Positions 47,621 to 57,326 of a stretch of 64,000 bases of DNA are shown piece by piece (position 1 is the stretch's first letter; every line of letters starts with the position of its first letter). The notes beneath the pieces are model-generated. The model was not told the DNA's origin. It worked only from the letters and a program-made list of their open reading frames with translations, and ran no database searches. Source of the DNA: Dehalococcoidia bacterium (GTDB taxonomy: Bacteria > Chloroflexota > Dehalococcoidia > UBA2979); NCBI GenBank assembly GCA_003599735.1, contig QZJI01000071.1, forward strand, positions 7,778 through 71,777. The letters run 5' to 3'. The translations under genes and the position numbers were made by a program.

Positions 47621-48703
47621 GTGTACGACCTCGACGCGATCCGCACCGCACACCCGATCGTGGAGACAGTGTGCGATGCGGGAGTCGAACTCCGACGCAG
47701 CGGCCGGCGGTTCGCCGGTCGCTGCCCATTCCACGCCGACGGTGCGCCGAGCCTCATGGTGTACCCCGAGACCGGCAGCTACTTCTGCTTCGGCTGCAAC
47801 ACCGGTGGCGACGTGATCGACTTCGTCGGTCGCCTGCGCCGTACCGGGTTCAAGGAGACCGTCGAGTACCTGTCCCAGCACGGGCTCGAACTCGACCATC
47901 TGCCGACGAACGTCACGCGCCTGCCGTCGCGCACGGTGTTCCCGGCGCTAACTGCCGAGGAACTCGCGACGGTCGACGCTGCGGCCACGTACTACGCCGG
48001 AATGCTGAATCGCTACACCGACGTACGCGCCTACTTGGCGGACCGTGGCGTCGGTTCCGATCTCGCGCGACGGCTGCGGCTCGGCTACGGCGGCCGTGGG
48101 CTCGCCGCCCACCTGCGATCACGCGGCCTGCCGCTCGACCCAGCACGCCGCATCGGCCTGCTCGACGGTGAGCGGGAGCCGTTCACCGGGCGGGTCGTCA
48201 TCCCCGACCTCGACGCAGGCGGTCACGCCCGCTGGCTCACCGGGCGAACGCTCGGGAGCGGCAGTCCTCGCTACCTCAACCTACGCGCGCCCGCGCCACT
48301 CCTTGGCCTGCGGCGCGCGCAGCTCCGCGGTGACCGCGCGGTCATCGTCACCGAAGGACCGTTCGACTGGCTCACGGGATGCGGCTGGGAACTCTCGGCG
48401 GTCGCGCTGCTCGGCACTCACGCCTCGCGTGATGCGCTCGCAGCGCTGCACGGCTTCCGTCGTGTCTATCTCGCACTCGACGCCGACGGTCCCGGCCGCC
48501 ACGCCGCACGCGCCCTCGCCTCCGACCTCGGCGAGCGGGCCACCATCGTGGACCTGCCGCGCGGCATCCACGACCTCAACGAACTCGGACAGCGACGCGA
48601 TGGACGCACGGCGTTCCTCCGTTCGCTCCACGCATCCCACGCACGGATGGAGGAGACATGGTCGAGCACGACACACAGCAACCCGCGCGCCCGCGCAGCC
48701 TGA
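47621..48703 (+). CDS. DNA primase paralog (CHC2 zinc finger + Toprim)
   Basis: CPFHADGAPSL...CFGCNTGGDVIDF. Toprim EGPFDWLT...LDADGPG...DLNELG. About 45% identical in architecture to the primase at 22579-23616. Confidence 0.85.
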   Translation: MYDLDAIRTAHPIVETVCDAGVELRRSGRRFAGRCPFHADGAPSLMVYPETGSYFCFGCNTGGDVIDFVGRLRRTGFKETVEYLSQHGLELDHLPTNVTRLPSRTVFPALTAEELATVDAAATYYAGMLNRYTDVRAYLADRGVGSDLARRLRLGYGGRGLAAHLRSRGLPLDPARRIGLLDGEREPFTGRVVIPDLDAGGHARWLTGRTLGSGSPRYLNLRAPAPLLGLRRAQLRGDRAVIVTEGPFDWLTGCGWELSAVALLGTHASRDALAALHGFRRVYLALDADGPGRHAARALASDLGERATIVDLPRGIHDLNELGQRRDGRTAFLRSLHASHARMEETWSSTTHSNPRARAA

Positions 48704-49344
48704 GCCGCGATGCGAGACGGCGGTTGCGACAGCCGCTCGACGGCCTCCTGGTCGCCGAGCGCACGAACGACGCGGGCGAGATCGTCCGTTACCTCGAGGG
48801 GTGGCGGGCGATCGAGCAAGCCAACGCGGTCTTCGGCGTCGATCGCTGGGGCGCGGAGGTGATCGGCGAGGTGGTGTACCGGGCCGTCCCGACTACCGGA
48901 CGTGGCCGCAGCGCACCATGCGGCGTCTACACCGCAACTGTGCGCGTGACGGTCGATGGCTGTCAGCCACATAGCGACGTCGGCGTCGGCGCCGTGGAGG
49001 AGCAAAACGCGGAAGCGCACGCCACCGCCTACAAGTCGGCCGTGACCGACGCGCTGAAGCGGGCGCTGCGGCACTTCGGCGATCAGTTCGGCAACCGGCT
49101 GTCGGCCGGTGTCGAGGACGCGGCGATCGGTGCCGCCACATCGGAGCATGCTCCGGACGAGCTGCGCCGGCAGGTGATTGCGATCGCGGCCGACGCCGGG
49201 ACGGACGAGGCGCAGATCCGCTCCTGGGTCACGCAACGCTACGGTCGCCCGCTCGATGACCTCGACGTGCGCTCGTTGCTACACGCGGTGCGGGCCTGCT
49301 CGCGCGCGCTTGAACGCCGCCACGAGCAGGCGCAGGCCGCGTAG
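48658..49344 (+). CDS. Rad52/22 family single-strand annealing protein
   Basis: YLEGWRAIEQANAVFGVDRWGAEV...AEAHATAYKSAVTDALKRALRHFGDQFGNRL. Confidence 0.7.
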   Translation: MVEHDTQQPARPRSLSRDARRRLRQPLDGLLVAERTNDAGEIVRYLEGWRAIEQANAVFGVDRWGAEVIGEVVYRAVPTTGRGRSAPCGVYTATVRVTVDGCQPHSDVGVGAVEEQNAEAHATAYKSAVTDALKRALRHFGDQFGNRLSAGVEDAAIGAATSEHAPDELRRQVIAIAADAGTDEAQIRSWVTQRYGRPLDDLDVRSLLHAVRACSRALERRHEQAQAA

Positions 49345-49562
49345 CGATGCGCTCGTCTTACGCCGCCGGGGTCTACGACCTCAATACGCGCTCCGGACAC
49401 TACCGGGTCGCGCTTGTTCCGCAGCCCGAGAGCGAAATCCCGGGGTTCCGCGCCATCATCGTCCAGGCCGTCCGCTCGGACACGCCGGGACGTGCGATCC
49501 GGCTCACGCTCTTCGAGCGCGATCTTCGGTTCCCGTCCCCCGACGACCGCGATGCCGCGTAG
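49344..49562 (+). CDS. small hypothetical protein
   Basis: 71 aa ORF filling the gap between the Rad52-like and ArdC genes. Confidence 0.3.
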   Translation, partial: AMRSSYAAGVYDLNTRSGHYRVALVPQPESEIPGFRAIIVQAVRSDTPGRAIRLTLFERDLRFPSPDDRDAA

Positions 49563-50466
49563 CACCAGCATCCGGCGGGACGCCTACGCGGCCGTCACCG
49601 ACCGCATCATCGCTGCGCTCGACGGGGGCACCGTCCCGTGGCGGCGCCCCTGGCGAACGCATGGCCTGCGCAATGCCGTCACGGAGCGACCGTATCGCGG
49701 CATCAACCTGCTCCTGCTCGGCCTCACCGCGCTCGAACGTGGCTTCGACGATCCCCGCTGGCTCACCTATCGCCAGGCGGACGGAAAGGGAGGACACGTC
49801 CGTCGCGGCGAGCAGGGCACCCAGGTCGTGCTGTGGAAGTGGATCGCGCGCGACGCCGATGACGAGGAGGCAGAGCGGCACTACCCGCTGCTTCGCATCT
49901 TCACGGTGTTCAACGTCGCACAGTGCGACGGACTCGCCCTCGGAACGCTCGACGCGAGAAATCCGATCGATCCACTCGTCGCAGCGGGCGCGATCGTCGA
50001 GGGCTATCCCGGCGGTCCGCCGGTGCTGCACGACGCGAACGCCGCGTACTACATCCCCGCGCGAGACGAAGTGCATCTCCCGCCGCGCGAGGCGTTTCGC
50101 GACGTACACGGGTACTACGCGACGCTCTTCCATGAGCTGTCGCACTCGACCGGACACACGAGCCGCCTCAATCGCGAGGGCTATCAGGCCGCAGCGCGAT
50201 TCGGTTCGGAAACCTACTCACGCGAGGAGCTTGTCGCCGAGTTCGCGGCGGCGTTCCTCGGCCACGAGGCGGGCATCGACCCATCCTCCGTCGAGCAGTC
50301 CGCGGCGTACATCGCGTCGTGGCTGCGTGCGCTGCGCGATGACCGGCGACTAGCCGCCATCGCTGCGGCGCAGGCCCAGCACGCGGCCGACCACATCCTC
50401 GGGCGTAATCCCGAGTCCACCGACGAGACCACGAAACGAGCAAGCGATGACGACGGAACGGTTTGA
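49552..50466 (+). CDS. ardC: ArdC-like antirestriction protein (ssDNA-binding N-domain + zincin metalloprotease)
   Basis: RDAYAAVTDRIIAALDGGTVPWRRPW...RPYRGINLLLL (ArdC-N) and HExxH LFHELSHSTGH. Confidence 0.8.
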   Translation: MPRSTSIRRDAYAAVTDRIIAALDGGTVPWRRPWRTHGLRNAVTERPYRGINLLLLGLTALERGFDDPRWLTYRQADGKGGHVRRGEQGTQVVLWKWIARDADDEEAERHYPLLRIFTVFNVAQCDGLALGTLDARNPIDPLVAAGAIVEGYPGGPPVLHDANAAYYIPARDEVHLPPREAFRDVHGYYATLFHELSHSTGHTSRLNREGYQAAARFGSETYSREELVAEFAAAFLGHEAGIDPSSVEQSAAYIASWLRALRDDRRLAAIAAAQAQHAADHILGRNPESTDETTKRASDDDGTV

Positions 50467-50800
50467 CCTGCTGGCGATCTGCCGCCGGCTCCTGGCATGG
50501 GAACAGACGATGGGCGGCTGGGATGCGCCGGTCTGGCGCGACCTCCGAGCCACGCTGGAGAGGACGAGCGATCCGCCTCCCACGCCCGTTGTGGGCGATC
50601 GTCTTCTCCGGCTGCACATCGAAGGGACGCTCGACATCCGCATCCCTGATGAGATTGAGGAGGACGGCGAGGCCTGGGATGACTGGCTGGACGCGGCGAT
50701 CCAGTCCGCTTTGCTCGACGGGCGGTGGCAGGACTGTACCGGCGTCGACGACTCCGAGGTCGGGATCCTGCACGAGAGTGGCGCGGTGCGGCGTGTATAG
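50447..50800 (+). CDS. hypothetical protein
   Basis: 117 aa acidic protein. No known domain. Confidence 0.45.
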   Translation: MTTERFDLLAICRRLLAWEQTMGGWDAPVWRDLRATLERTSDPPPTPVVGDRLLRLHIEGTLDIRIPDEIEEDGEAWDDWLDAAIQSALLDGRWQDCTGVDDSEVGILHESGAVRRV

Positions 50801-50960
50801 CCCGAAGGTCCCGGAGCGGTTCATCCCGACGCTCTACCAGTTGGGCCGCGCGCGCGGCCGACCGATGACGGATCTCATCGCCGAGGCTGTCGAGCGTTAC
50901 CTCGTCGAGGAGGGCTGGCTCCAGCAGGAGCGAAACGACGCGGAACGGCCCGCTGTATGA
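50793..50960 (+). CDS. ribbon-helix-helix (CopG/Arc family) DNA-binding protein
   Basis: GTG start. RFIPTLYQLGRARGRPMTDLIAEAVERYLVEEG. Confidence 0.55.
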   Translation: MYSPKVPERFIPTLYQLGRARGRPMTDLIAEAVERYLVEEGWLQQERNDAERPAV

Positions 50961-51535
50961 GTACACAGCACATCCGCTGTGCCGGGTTCGCTGGCGCGGT
51001 GGACGCCTACGCGCGTGACGGCGCGGACCTGTGGTTCCTCTCGATGATCTCGAACCAGCAGTCGATCAGGGCACTGTGGGCACGGCTGCTCAAGGGCGAG
51101 CCCGCAGTGATCAGCGACGATGCGTTGATGGGCGGCCGGTATTGCGCCCTCGCACCGCAGGCACGAGCCAATTGCCGCTTCTACACGGCTCGGCTGCCGG
51201 TCAGCGGTGCGACGCACGCCATGCTGGTGCCGTCCGCCGCGCTCTACGCGAGCGAAGGCAGAGACTTCCTCCTGCTCGCGCGCGCCGATGCCGAAGCGCC
51301 GGCGCTGCATTACCGCTTCCTCAGCCGGCGGATCGACCTCCCGCTCCATCCGTCGTGGACGGACTGGGTGTGGAGGCGCGGGCTTGACGCCGGCGAGATC
51401 CGCCCGCTCGACGCGCACGGGATTCATGCGTGGCGGTGCGTGCCTGACGTAGAGGCGCTGCAGGCCGCGCTTGGCCGCGCACTACGCGGACACCGGATTC
51501 CGGTGCCCGCCGAGGAACTGGCGAACGCCGCATGA
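50957..51535 (+). CDS. hypothetical protein
   Basis: 192 aa. No known domain. Confidence 0.45.
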   Translation: MSTQHIRCAGFAGAVDAYARDGADLWFLSMISNQQSIRALWARLLKGEPAVISDDALMGGRYCALAPQARANCRFYTARLPVSGATHAMLVPSAALYASEGRDFLLLARADAEAPALHYRFLSRRIDLPLHPSWTDWVWRRGLDAGEIRPLDAHGIHAWRCVPDVEALQAALGRALRGHRIPVPAEELANAA

Positions 51536-51553
51536 GCGCGTGTTTCAACACTC

Positions 51554-52618
51554 GTGGCGACGAGGTGCGGCGTGCCGCGTCTTGAGTCGCTTGCGGTCGG
51601 CGGGTACTTCCCAACACCGCCCGAAGTGGTCGCCCACATCGGCGCGATGATCCGACCCGCCACGCACGGAGGCCGCGTCGCCGTGCGACTCATCGACCCA
51701 TGCGCCGGTACGGGCGCGGCGCTGCAACAGCTCGCGGCCACGATCGGCGGCGAGACGTATGGCATCGAACTCGAAGCCGACCGCTACGAGGAGGCCGCGG
51801 GCGTCCTCGACCACGCGCTGCCCGGGAACGCACTGACGGCGAGGATCGGAGAGGCGGGCTTCTCCTGCCTCTTCCTGAATCCTCCCTACGACGTGGACCT
51901 GGATGCGCGCCGGCTGGAGCACACGTTCCTGACGGCGATGACGAAGGCGCTCCGCCCCGGCGGACTGCTGATCTACATCGTGCCACAGCGCCGGCTGGCG
52001 ACCTCGGCACGCTACATCGCCGGTCACTACCGCGATCTGGACTGCTGGCGGTTCCCCGACGGACTCCATAAGCGGTTCGAGCAGGTCGTCCTCTTCGGGA
52101 CGATGCGCGAGGCACCCGTCTCCGATGCGGCTGCGCGGGCGACCGTCGAGTCCTGGGCGTCGGGACCGCTCCCCGAGCTCCCCGTCGCCGGCACGATGAA
52201 GCAGCCACGCGCGTTGCCGGTGCTCCCCGCCGGTGACGTGCTGTTCACATCGTTCAACTTCGATCCGAGCGAGGCCGCGGCTGAGGCCCGGCGCTCAGGG
52301 GTCTGGACACACGCCTCGCTGACCGAACGGCTCTGGCCGCCCGAGCAGCGCAAGGTGCGGCCGCTGATGCCGTTGCGGCGCGGGCACCTCGCGGTGATGG
52401 TCGCGGCCGGCTTCCTCGACAGCGTCGTGCTTCATTCCGGGCAGCAACGTCTGCTCGTCAAAGGCCGCACGTACAAGGAGTCCATCTCGGTCTACTCGCC
52501 CGACCCCGAGGTCGAGGTGGAGCGCGAGGTGATGCGGACGTCGGTCGCGGTGCTCAACCTCCGCACGGGCGAGGTCGAGGTCATCGACACCGGCGCATCG
52601 GACACGCCCCGGTCGTGA
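51554..52618 (+). CDS. N6-adenine DNA methyltransferase (class I SAM MTase, NPPY motif)
   Basis: Motif I IDPCAGTGA. Motif IV FLNPPYD. Confidence 0.75.
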   Translation: MATRCGVPRLESLAVGGYFPTPPEVVAHIGAMIRPATHGGRVAVRLIDPCAGTGAALQQLAATIGGETYGIELEADRYEEAAGVLDHALPGNALTARIGEAGFSCLFLNPPYDVDLDARRLEHTFLTAMTKALRPGGLLIYIVPQRRLATSARYIAGHYRDLDCWRFPDGLHKRFEQVVLFGTMREAPVSDAAARATVESWASGPLPELPVAGTMKQPRALPVLPAGDVLFTSFNFDPSEAAAEARRSGVWTHASLTERLWPPEQRKVRPLMPLRRGHLAVMVAAGFLDSVVLHSGQQRLLVKGRTYKESISVYSPDPEVEVEREVMRTSVAVLNLRTGEVEVIDTGASDTPRS

Positions 52619-54762
52619 CGACGCTCCCGGAACTCCTCACCGAACACGGTGAGGCGATCACGCGCGCCGTGCTGCGCGCCCATCCGCCCGTCTACACGGC
52701 GCGCAACCGCGAGGAGTGGGGCTTCGATCTCACGAACCTGAAGCGCCGGCCGATGGGCGCTCAGGGCGACGCGATCCGCGCGGCGGCGGTCTCACTCCGC
52801 CAGCACCGCGGCACCAACGTCGTCGGAGAGATGGGCACCGGCAAGACGATGATCGGCGCGTCGGCGGCGTATGTCGCGGGCTTCCGGCGCGTCCTCGTGC
52901 TCTGCCCGCCGCACCTCACGCGCAAGTGGAAGCGCGAGGTCGAGGCCACGGTGCCGCTCGCCGAAGCGGTCATCGTGAGCACGATCAGCGACCTTCGACG
53001 GCTCCGTCGCGACCGTCGCTGGCCGCTGTTCGCGATCCTCTCGCGTGAGAAGGCGAAGCTCTCGTACCACTGGAAGCCCGCCGTGCTCATGCGGCCGGAC
53101 TTGAGTGAAGGTCGCGCCGTGCGCGACGAACGCGGCGACATCGTGCGCCGCAACTGCTGTCCCGGCTGCTGGCAGACGGTCGTCGATGACGAGGGCATCC
53201 CCGTCGATCTCACCGAGCTGGCCCGGCGGAAACGCAGCTGCGACCGCTGCGGGACGCCGCTCTGGCAGGCCGACCGGAGCGGTCCGGCGCGCGTGCCGCT
53301 CGCGGACTTCATCAACCGGCACATGCCGGGTGCGTTCGACTTGCTGATCACGGACGAATCGCACGAATACAAAGCACGCGGCTCGGCGCAGGGCATCGCG
53401 GCGGGCACGCTCGCCGAGACCTGCGGCCGGACGCTCACGCTCACCGGCACGCTGATGGGTGGGTACGCATCCACTCTCTTCCATTTGCTGTGGCGGTTCT
53501 CGCCGGAGGTACGCGACGAGTTCGCGTACGGCGAGGAAGGCCGGTGGGTCTCCCGCTACGGCATCGTCGAACGCATCACGCGCAAGACCGGCGAAGACGA
53601 CGTCATCGAGGAGGGACGTTCGAGCCGGCGGCGCGGCTACCGCACGCGCACGGTGGAGAAGCCTGGTGTCTCCCCGGCGATCTTGTTCCATCTGATTGCC
53701 AACACGGTCTTCATCCGCCTCGCGGATGTCGCCGAGAACCTCCCGGAGTACCGCGAGGAAGTTCGCCTGATCGGGATGGACCGCGGTGACGGCGACGGGC
53801 CGTCGCAGGCGACCGCGTACCGCAACCTCTCCGAGGATCTGCACGCAGCGGTGATGGCCGCGCTGGCGAGCGGCTCCCGCCGCCTGCTCGGCGCCTACCT
53901 CCAGGCGCTGCTCGCCTACCCCGACGCCTGCACCGCAGGCGAGGAGGTCATCGACCACTCCACCGGACAAGTGGTCGGTTCGGCCCCGGCATTGCCGGAC
54001 GACCGGCTCTATCCGAAAGAGCAGGCGCTCGTCGACCTCGCCGTGGAGGAGCGGCGACAGGGGCGACGTGTGCTCGTGTACGTGACGCACACGGAGACGC
54101 GCGACATCACGCCTCGACTCGCACGAGTGCTGATCGACGCCGGGTTGCGTGTCTCGGTGCTGAAGTCGGACACTGTCGCGCCCGACCGCCGCGAGGAGTG
54201 GGTCGCGCGCCGTGTCCGCGACGGCGTGGACGTGCTGCTCGTCCACCCCCGGCTGGTGCAGACGGGCCTCGACCTGATCGACTTCCCGACTATCGTTTGG
54301 CACGAGGTCGAATACTCGGTCTACACGATGCGGCAGGCGAGCCGCCGGTCCTGGCGGATCGGGCAGCGTCTCGCGGTGCGCGTCATCTACCTCGCCTACC
54401 GCGCCACGCTTCAGGCGCAGGCGCTGTTGCTCGTCGCCCGCAAGCTCCAAGCATCGCTGATCGTCGAGGGCGAGATCGGAGACGGCGGCCTCGCGGCGCA
54501 CGGGGCGGACGGCGACAACCTCACGCTGGAGCTCGCGCGCTCGCTCGCCGACGGTGGCGACGTCAACCAGGAGTCGGTTGAAGCACTCTTCGCGGACGCG
54601 CGCATGACCGCCGAAGCAGCAGCAGCGGCGCTCGACACTCGGGACTTCGCGCCCGAAGCCACGCCCGTCCTCGTCCGCGCTGGTGCGCCGTCGGGTGGCG
54701 ACTGGATACCCGTCGCGGATCGATTTGATTCCGAGAACGGCGAGCAGATGCGTCTCCTGTGA
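52615..54762 (+). CDS. SNF2-family helicase with zinc-ribbon insert
   Basis: Motif I GEMGTGKT. DExH-like ITDESHEYK. Cys-x2-Cys pairs CCPGCW...CDRCG. HELICc with QASRRSWRIGQ. 4-nt overlap with the MTase gene. Confidence 0.8.
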   Translation: MTTLPELLTEHGEAITRAVLRAHPPVYTARNREEWGFDLTNLKRRPMGAQGDAIRAAAVSLRQHRGTNVVGEMGTGKTMIGASAAYVAGFRRVLVLCPPHLTRKWKREVEATVPLAEAVIVSTISDLRRLRRDRRWPLFAILSREKAKLSYHWKPAVLMRPDLSEGRAVRDERGDIVRRNCCPGCWQTVVDDEGIPVDLTELARRKRSCDRCGTPLWQADRSGPARVPLADFINRHMPGAFDLLITDESHEYKARGSAQGIAAGTLAETCGRTLTLTGTLMGGYASTLFHLLWRFSPEVRDEFAYGEEGRWVSRYGIVERITRKTGEDDVIEEGRSSRRRGYRTRTVEKPGVSPAILFHLIANTVFIRLADVAENLPEYREEVRLIGMDRGDGDGPSQATAYRNLSEDLHAAVMAALASGSRRLLGAYLQALLAYPDACTAGEEVIDHSTGQVVGSAPALPDDRLYPKEQALVDLAVEERRQGRRVLVYVTHTETRDITPRLARVLIDAGLRVSVLKSDTVAPDRREEWVARRVRDGVDVLLVHPRLVQTGLDLIDFPTIVWHEVEYSVYTMRQASRRSWRIGQRLAVRVIYLAYRATLQAQALLLVARKLQASLIVEGEIGDGGLAAHGADGDNLTLELARSLADGGDVNQESVEALFADARMTAEAAAAALDTRDFAPEATPVLVRAGAPSGGDWIPVADRFDSENGEQMRLL

Positions 54763-54868
54763 CGCTCACGACGCGCGGCGGGCGGGCGGCCCGAACCGGA
54801 CGCCGCCCCGCGCTTCCTCCGACCGGGCGCAACGCGCCCACCCATCTCAGTCCAATGAGGAGAACAGC

Positions 54869-56845
54869 ATGACTACGAAGACCGAACCCGCCGCCCAGCC
54901 GGGCGTCGAGGTGCTTATCCCGCTGAACAAGTTAAAGAAGTCCGCCGAGAACGCGCGCAAGATCCCGCATTCGCAGGCGGACATCGAGGCCCTCGCGGCG
55001 AGCATCGCCCACACCGATCTGCTCCAGAACCTCGTCGTCTATCCAGAGGCGAAGACGGACGGCACCCCGACCGGATGCTACCTCGTCGCGGCTGGTGAAG
55101 GCCGGAGGCTCGCACTGGAGCTCCGCGCGAAGCGGCGCGAGATCAAGCGGACCGACGCGGTCCGGTGCATCGTCCGCACGAAGGACGAGGCACTCGAGGT
55201 CAGCCTCGACGAGAACGTCACGCGCACCGACATGCACCCCGCCGATCAGTTCGAGGCGTTCCGCGCGTTGAACGAGGAGCGCGGATGGGGGGCCGAGGAG
55301 ATCGCCGCACGCTTCGGCATATCGCCGGTGACGGTGCGCCAGCGGCTGCGGCTCGGCGCTATCAGTCCCCGCCTGATGCAGCTCTATCGAGACGGCGACC
55401 TCACGCTCGACCAACTGATCGCGTTCGCCGTCAGCGACGACCACGCGCGCCAGGAAGAGGTCTACGAGAACCTCGGCTGGAACAAAGAGCCGCGCGTGAT
55501 TCGGGCGCGCATGATGGAGGCCCACGTCCCCCCGAACGACCCGCGCGCGATCCTCGTCGGCGTCCAAGCCTACGAGGCAGCGGGCGGTGTGGTCGTGCGC
55601 GACCTCTTCAGCGAGGAAGGCGGCGGCTACTTCGAGGACGCCGGACTCCTCGACCGTCTCGCACTGGAGCGGCTCAACGCCATCGCCGACGATGTGCGCG
55701 GTGAGGGCTGGAAGTGGGTCGAGGCCCAGCTCGACTTCCCGTACAGCCACGGCTTGCGGCGCGAGTATGCGCGACAAGTGCCGCTGTCGAAGGCGGATCA
55801 GAAGCGCTACGAGGCGCTGCGCCGCGAGTGGGATGACATCGCGGAGCAGTACGAAGGCGATGAGGACGTCCCGGACGAGGTGGAGACCCGCTTCAACGAG
55901 ATCGAGGCGGCGATCGAGCAGTTCAACGAGCGCCAGCGCGTGTTCGACCCCGACGTCATCGCCCGGTGCGGTGTCTTCGTCTCGCTGGATCGCGAGGGCG
56001 ACGCGCAGATCGATCGCGGGTTCGTCCGCGCGGAAGACATCCCCCAGGCGAAGCCGGATCGCCGTCCGCGCGACGAGGATGCGGAGATCCACGATGCGCG
56101 CGAGGACATGGACGACAGCGATGAACGGCGCGCCGATGATGACGAGGAGGAAGCCGACGGCCTCGGCAGGCCGCTATCGGACGCGCTCGTCCGGGATCTG
56201 ACAGCCCACCGCACGCTGGCCCTTCGCCTCGTGTTGGGCGAGCAGCCAGCGATGGCATTGATCGCGATCACTCACGCGCTTGCGGCACAGACCTTCTACC
56301 ACGCGACCGATGACAGCAGTTGTCTGGAGGTCCGCATGACGGCTTCGCCGCTGACCCATCACGCCGAAGGGATCGGCGAGACGGCGGGCGCGAAGGCACT
56401 GGAGGAGCGCCATCGGGCGTGGGCGGAGCGCGTCCCCCGGAACTCGGACGAGCTCTGGGACTTCGTGTCCGCACTCGGCGACGAGGAGCGGATGCGGCTG
56501 CTGGCTCACTGCGTGTCCGGGACCGTGAACGCGGTGCAGCAGCGGTGGGATACGAAGCGACGCTCACTCGCGCTGGCAGACGCGCTCGCCGACGCTATGT
56601 CGCTCGACATGGCCGCGTACTGGCAACCGACGGTAGACGGCTACCTCGGTCGAGTCACGAAGGCGCACATCGCGCAGGCGGTGCAGGAAGGCGTCTCCCA
56701 CGAAGCCGCCGAGCGCATCACTGGCCTGAAGAAGCAACCGATGGCGAAGGCCGCCGAAGACCTTCTGGCGGGCACCGGCTGGCTTCCGTCGCTGCTGGGG
56801 CCGATGGCATCCCACCGCGATTCCGGAATCGACAGAGCCGCGTAA
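54869..56845 (+). CDS. ParB-like nuclease domain protein (large ParB/KorB-like)
   Basis: ParB N-terminal domain (LIPLNKLKKSAENARK...LVVYPEAKTDGTPTGCYLVAAGEGRRLA) followed by HTH and a long acidic C-terminal region. GAGGAG RBS. Confidence 0.75.
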   Translation: MTTKTEPAAQPGVEVLIPLNKLKKSAENARKIPHSQADIEALAASIAHTDLLQNLVVYPEAKTDGTPTGCYLVAAGEGRRLALELRAKRREIKRTDAVRCIVRTKDEALEVSLDENVTRTDMHPADQFEAFRALNEERGWGAEEIAARFGISPVTVRQRLRLGAISPRLMQLYRDGDLTLDQLIAFAVSDDHARQEEVYENLGWNKEPRVIRARMMEAHVPPNDPRAILVGVQAYEAAGGVVVRDLFSEEGGGYFEDAGLLDRLALERLNAIADDVRGEGWKWVEAQLDFPYSHGLRREYARQVPLSKADQKRYEALRREWDDIAEQYEGDEDVPDEVETRFNEIEAAIEQFNERQRVFDPDVIARCGVFVSLDREGDAQIDRGFVRAEDIPQAKPDRRPRDEDAEIHDAREDMDDSDERRADDDEEEADGLGRPLSDALVRDLTAHRTLALRLVLGEQPAMALIAITHALAAQTFYHATDDSSCLEVRMTASPLTHHAEGIGETAGAKALEERHRAWAERVPRNSDELWDFVSALGDEERMRLLAHCVSGTVNAVQQRWDTKRRSLALADALADAMSLDMAAYWQPTVDGYLGRVTKAHIAQAVQEGVSHEAAERITGLKKQPMAKAAEDLLAGTGWLPSLLGPMASHRDSGIDRAA

Positions 56846-56966
56846 GAGGCAGGTCGGGCCCTGCGCACCTGGTCAACGAGTGCGCATCGGGCCCGAACCC
56901 CTTTCAGAGAGGGCAAGCGATCGCCAGAGTGAGTTGTCGCTCGGCAGTACTTAGGAGGAACTTGAG

Positions 56967-57326
56967 ATGAATATCTACGGGCAATGCCTAGAACATACCG
57001 ATCGCGAAGCCACGCACGCCGTGACATTCAAGGATGGTCGATTCGAAGCAGCAAACGATCGCTTTGGCGAAGACTCGATGACCGTCGCTCTGGCAGACAT
57101 TGTCTTCTGCGAGGAGTGTGCCGTGATCGTGGCGTGTCTTGCGAACGCAAGGGCCACCGCCACGGGTGTCATCTGCGACACTTGCGGCGGGCCCGCGCTC
57201 TTTCATGTAAGCGGCAACGCCGACGGGGACAAATGCATTGGGCACGTTGAGAAGTACCGACGTGGCCGAATCGCGCAGTTCTACCGCGTCGAAAGGCTCT
57301 CGGCCGAGCCCGAAGCGGGGTCCTGA
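56967..57326 (+). CDS. small Cys-rich hypothetical protein
   Basis: AGGAGG RBS 6 nt upstream. 119 aa with at least 8 Cys (FCEECAVIVAC, CDTCGG). Confidence 0.45.
   Translation: MNIYGQCLEHTDREATHAVTFKDGRFEAANDRFGEDSMTVALADIVFCEECAVIVACLANARATATGVICDTCGGPALFHVSGNADGDKCIGHVEKYRRGRIAQFYRVERLSAEPEAGS

Noticed and set aside
52792-54501. 569-aa minus-strand ORF opposite the SNF2 helicase
   Set aside because: It is antisense to a CDS with clear helicase motifs. No domain signal.
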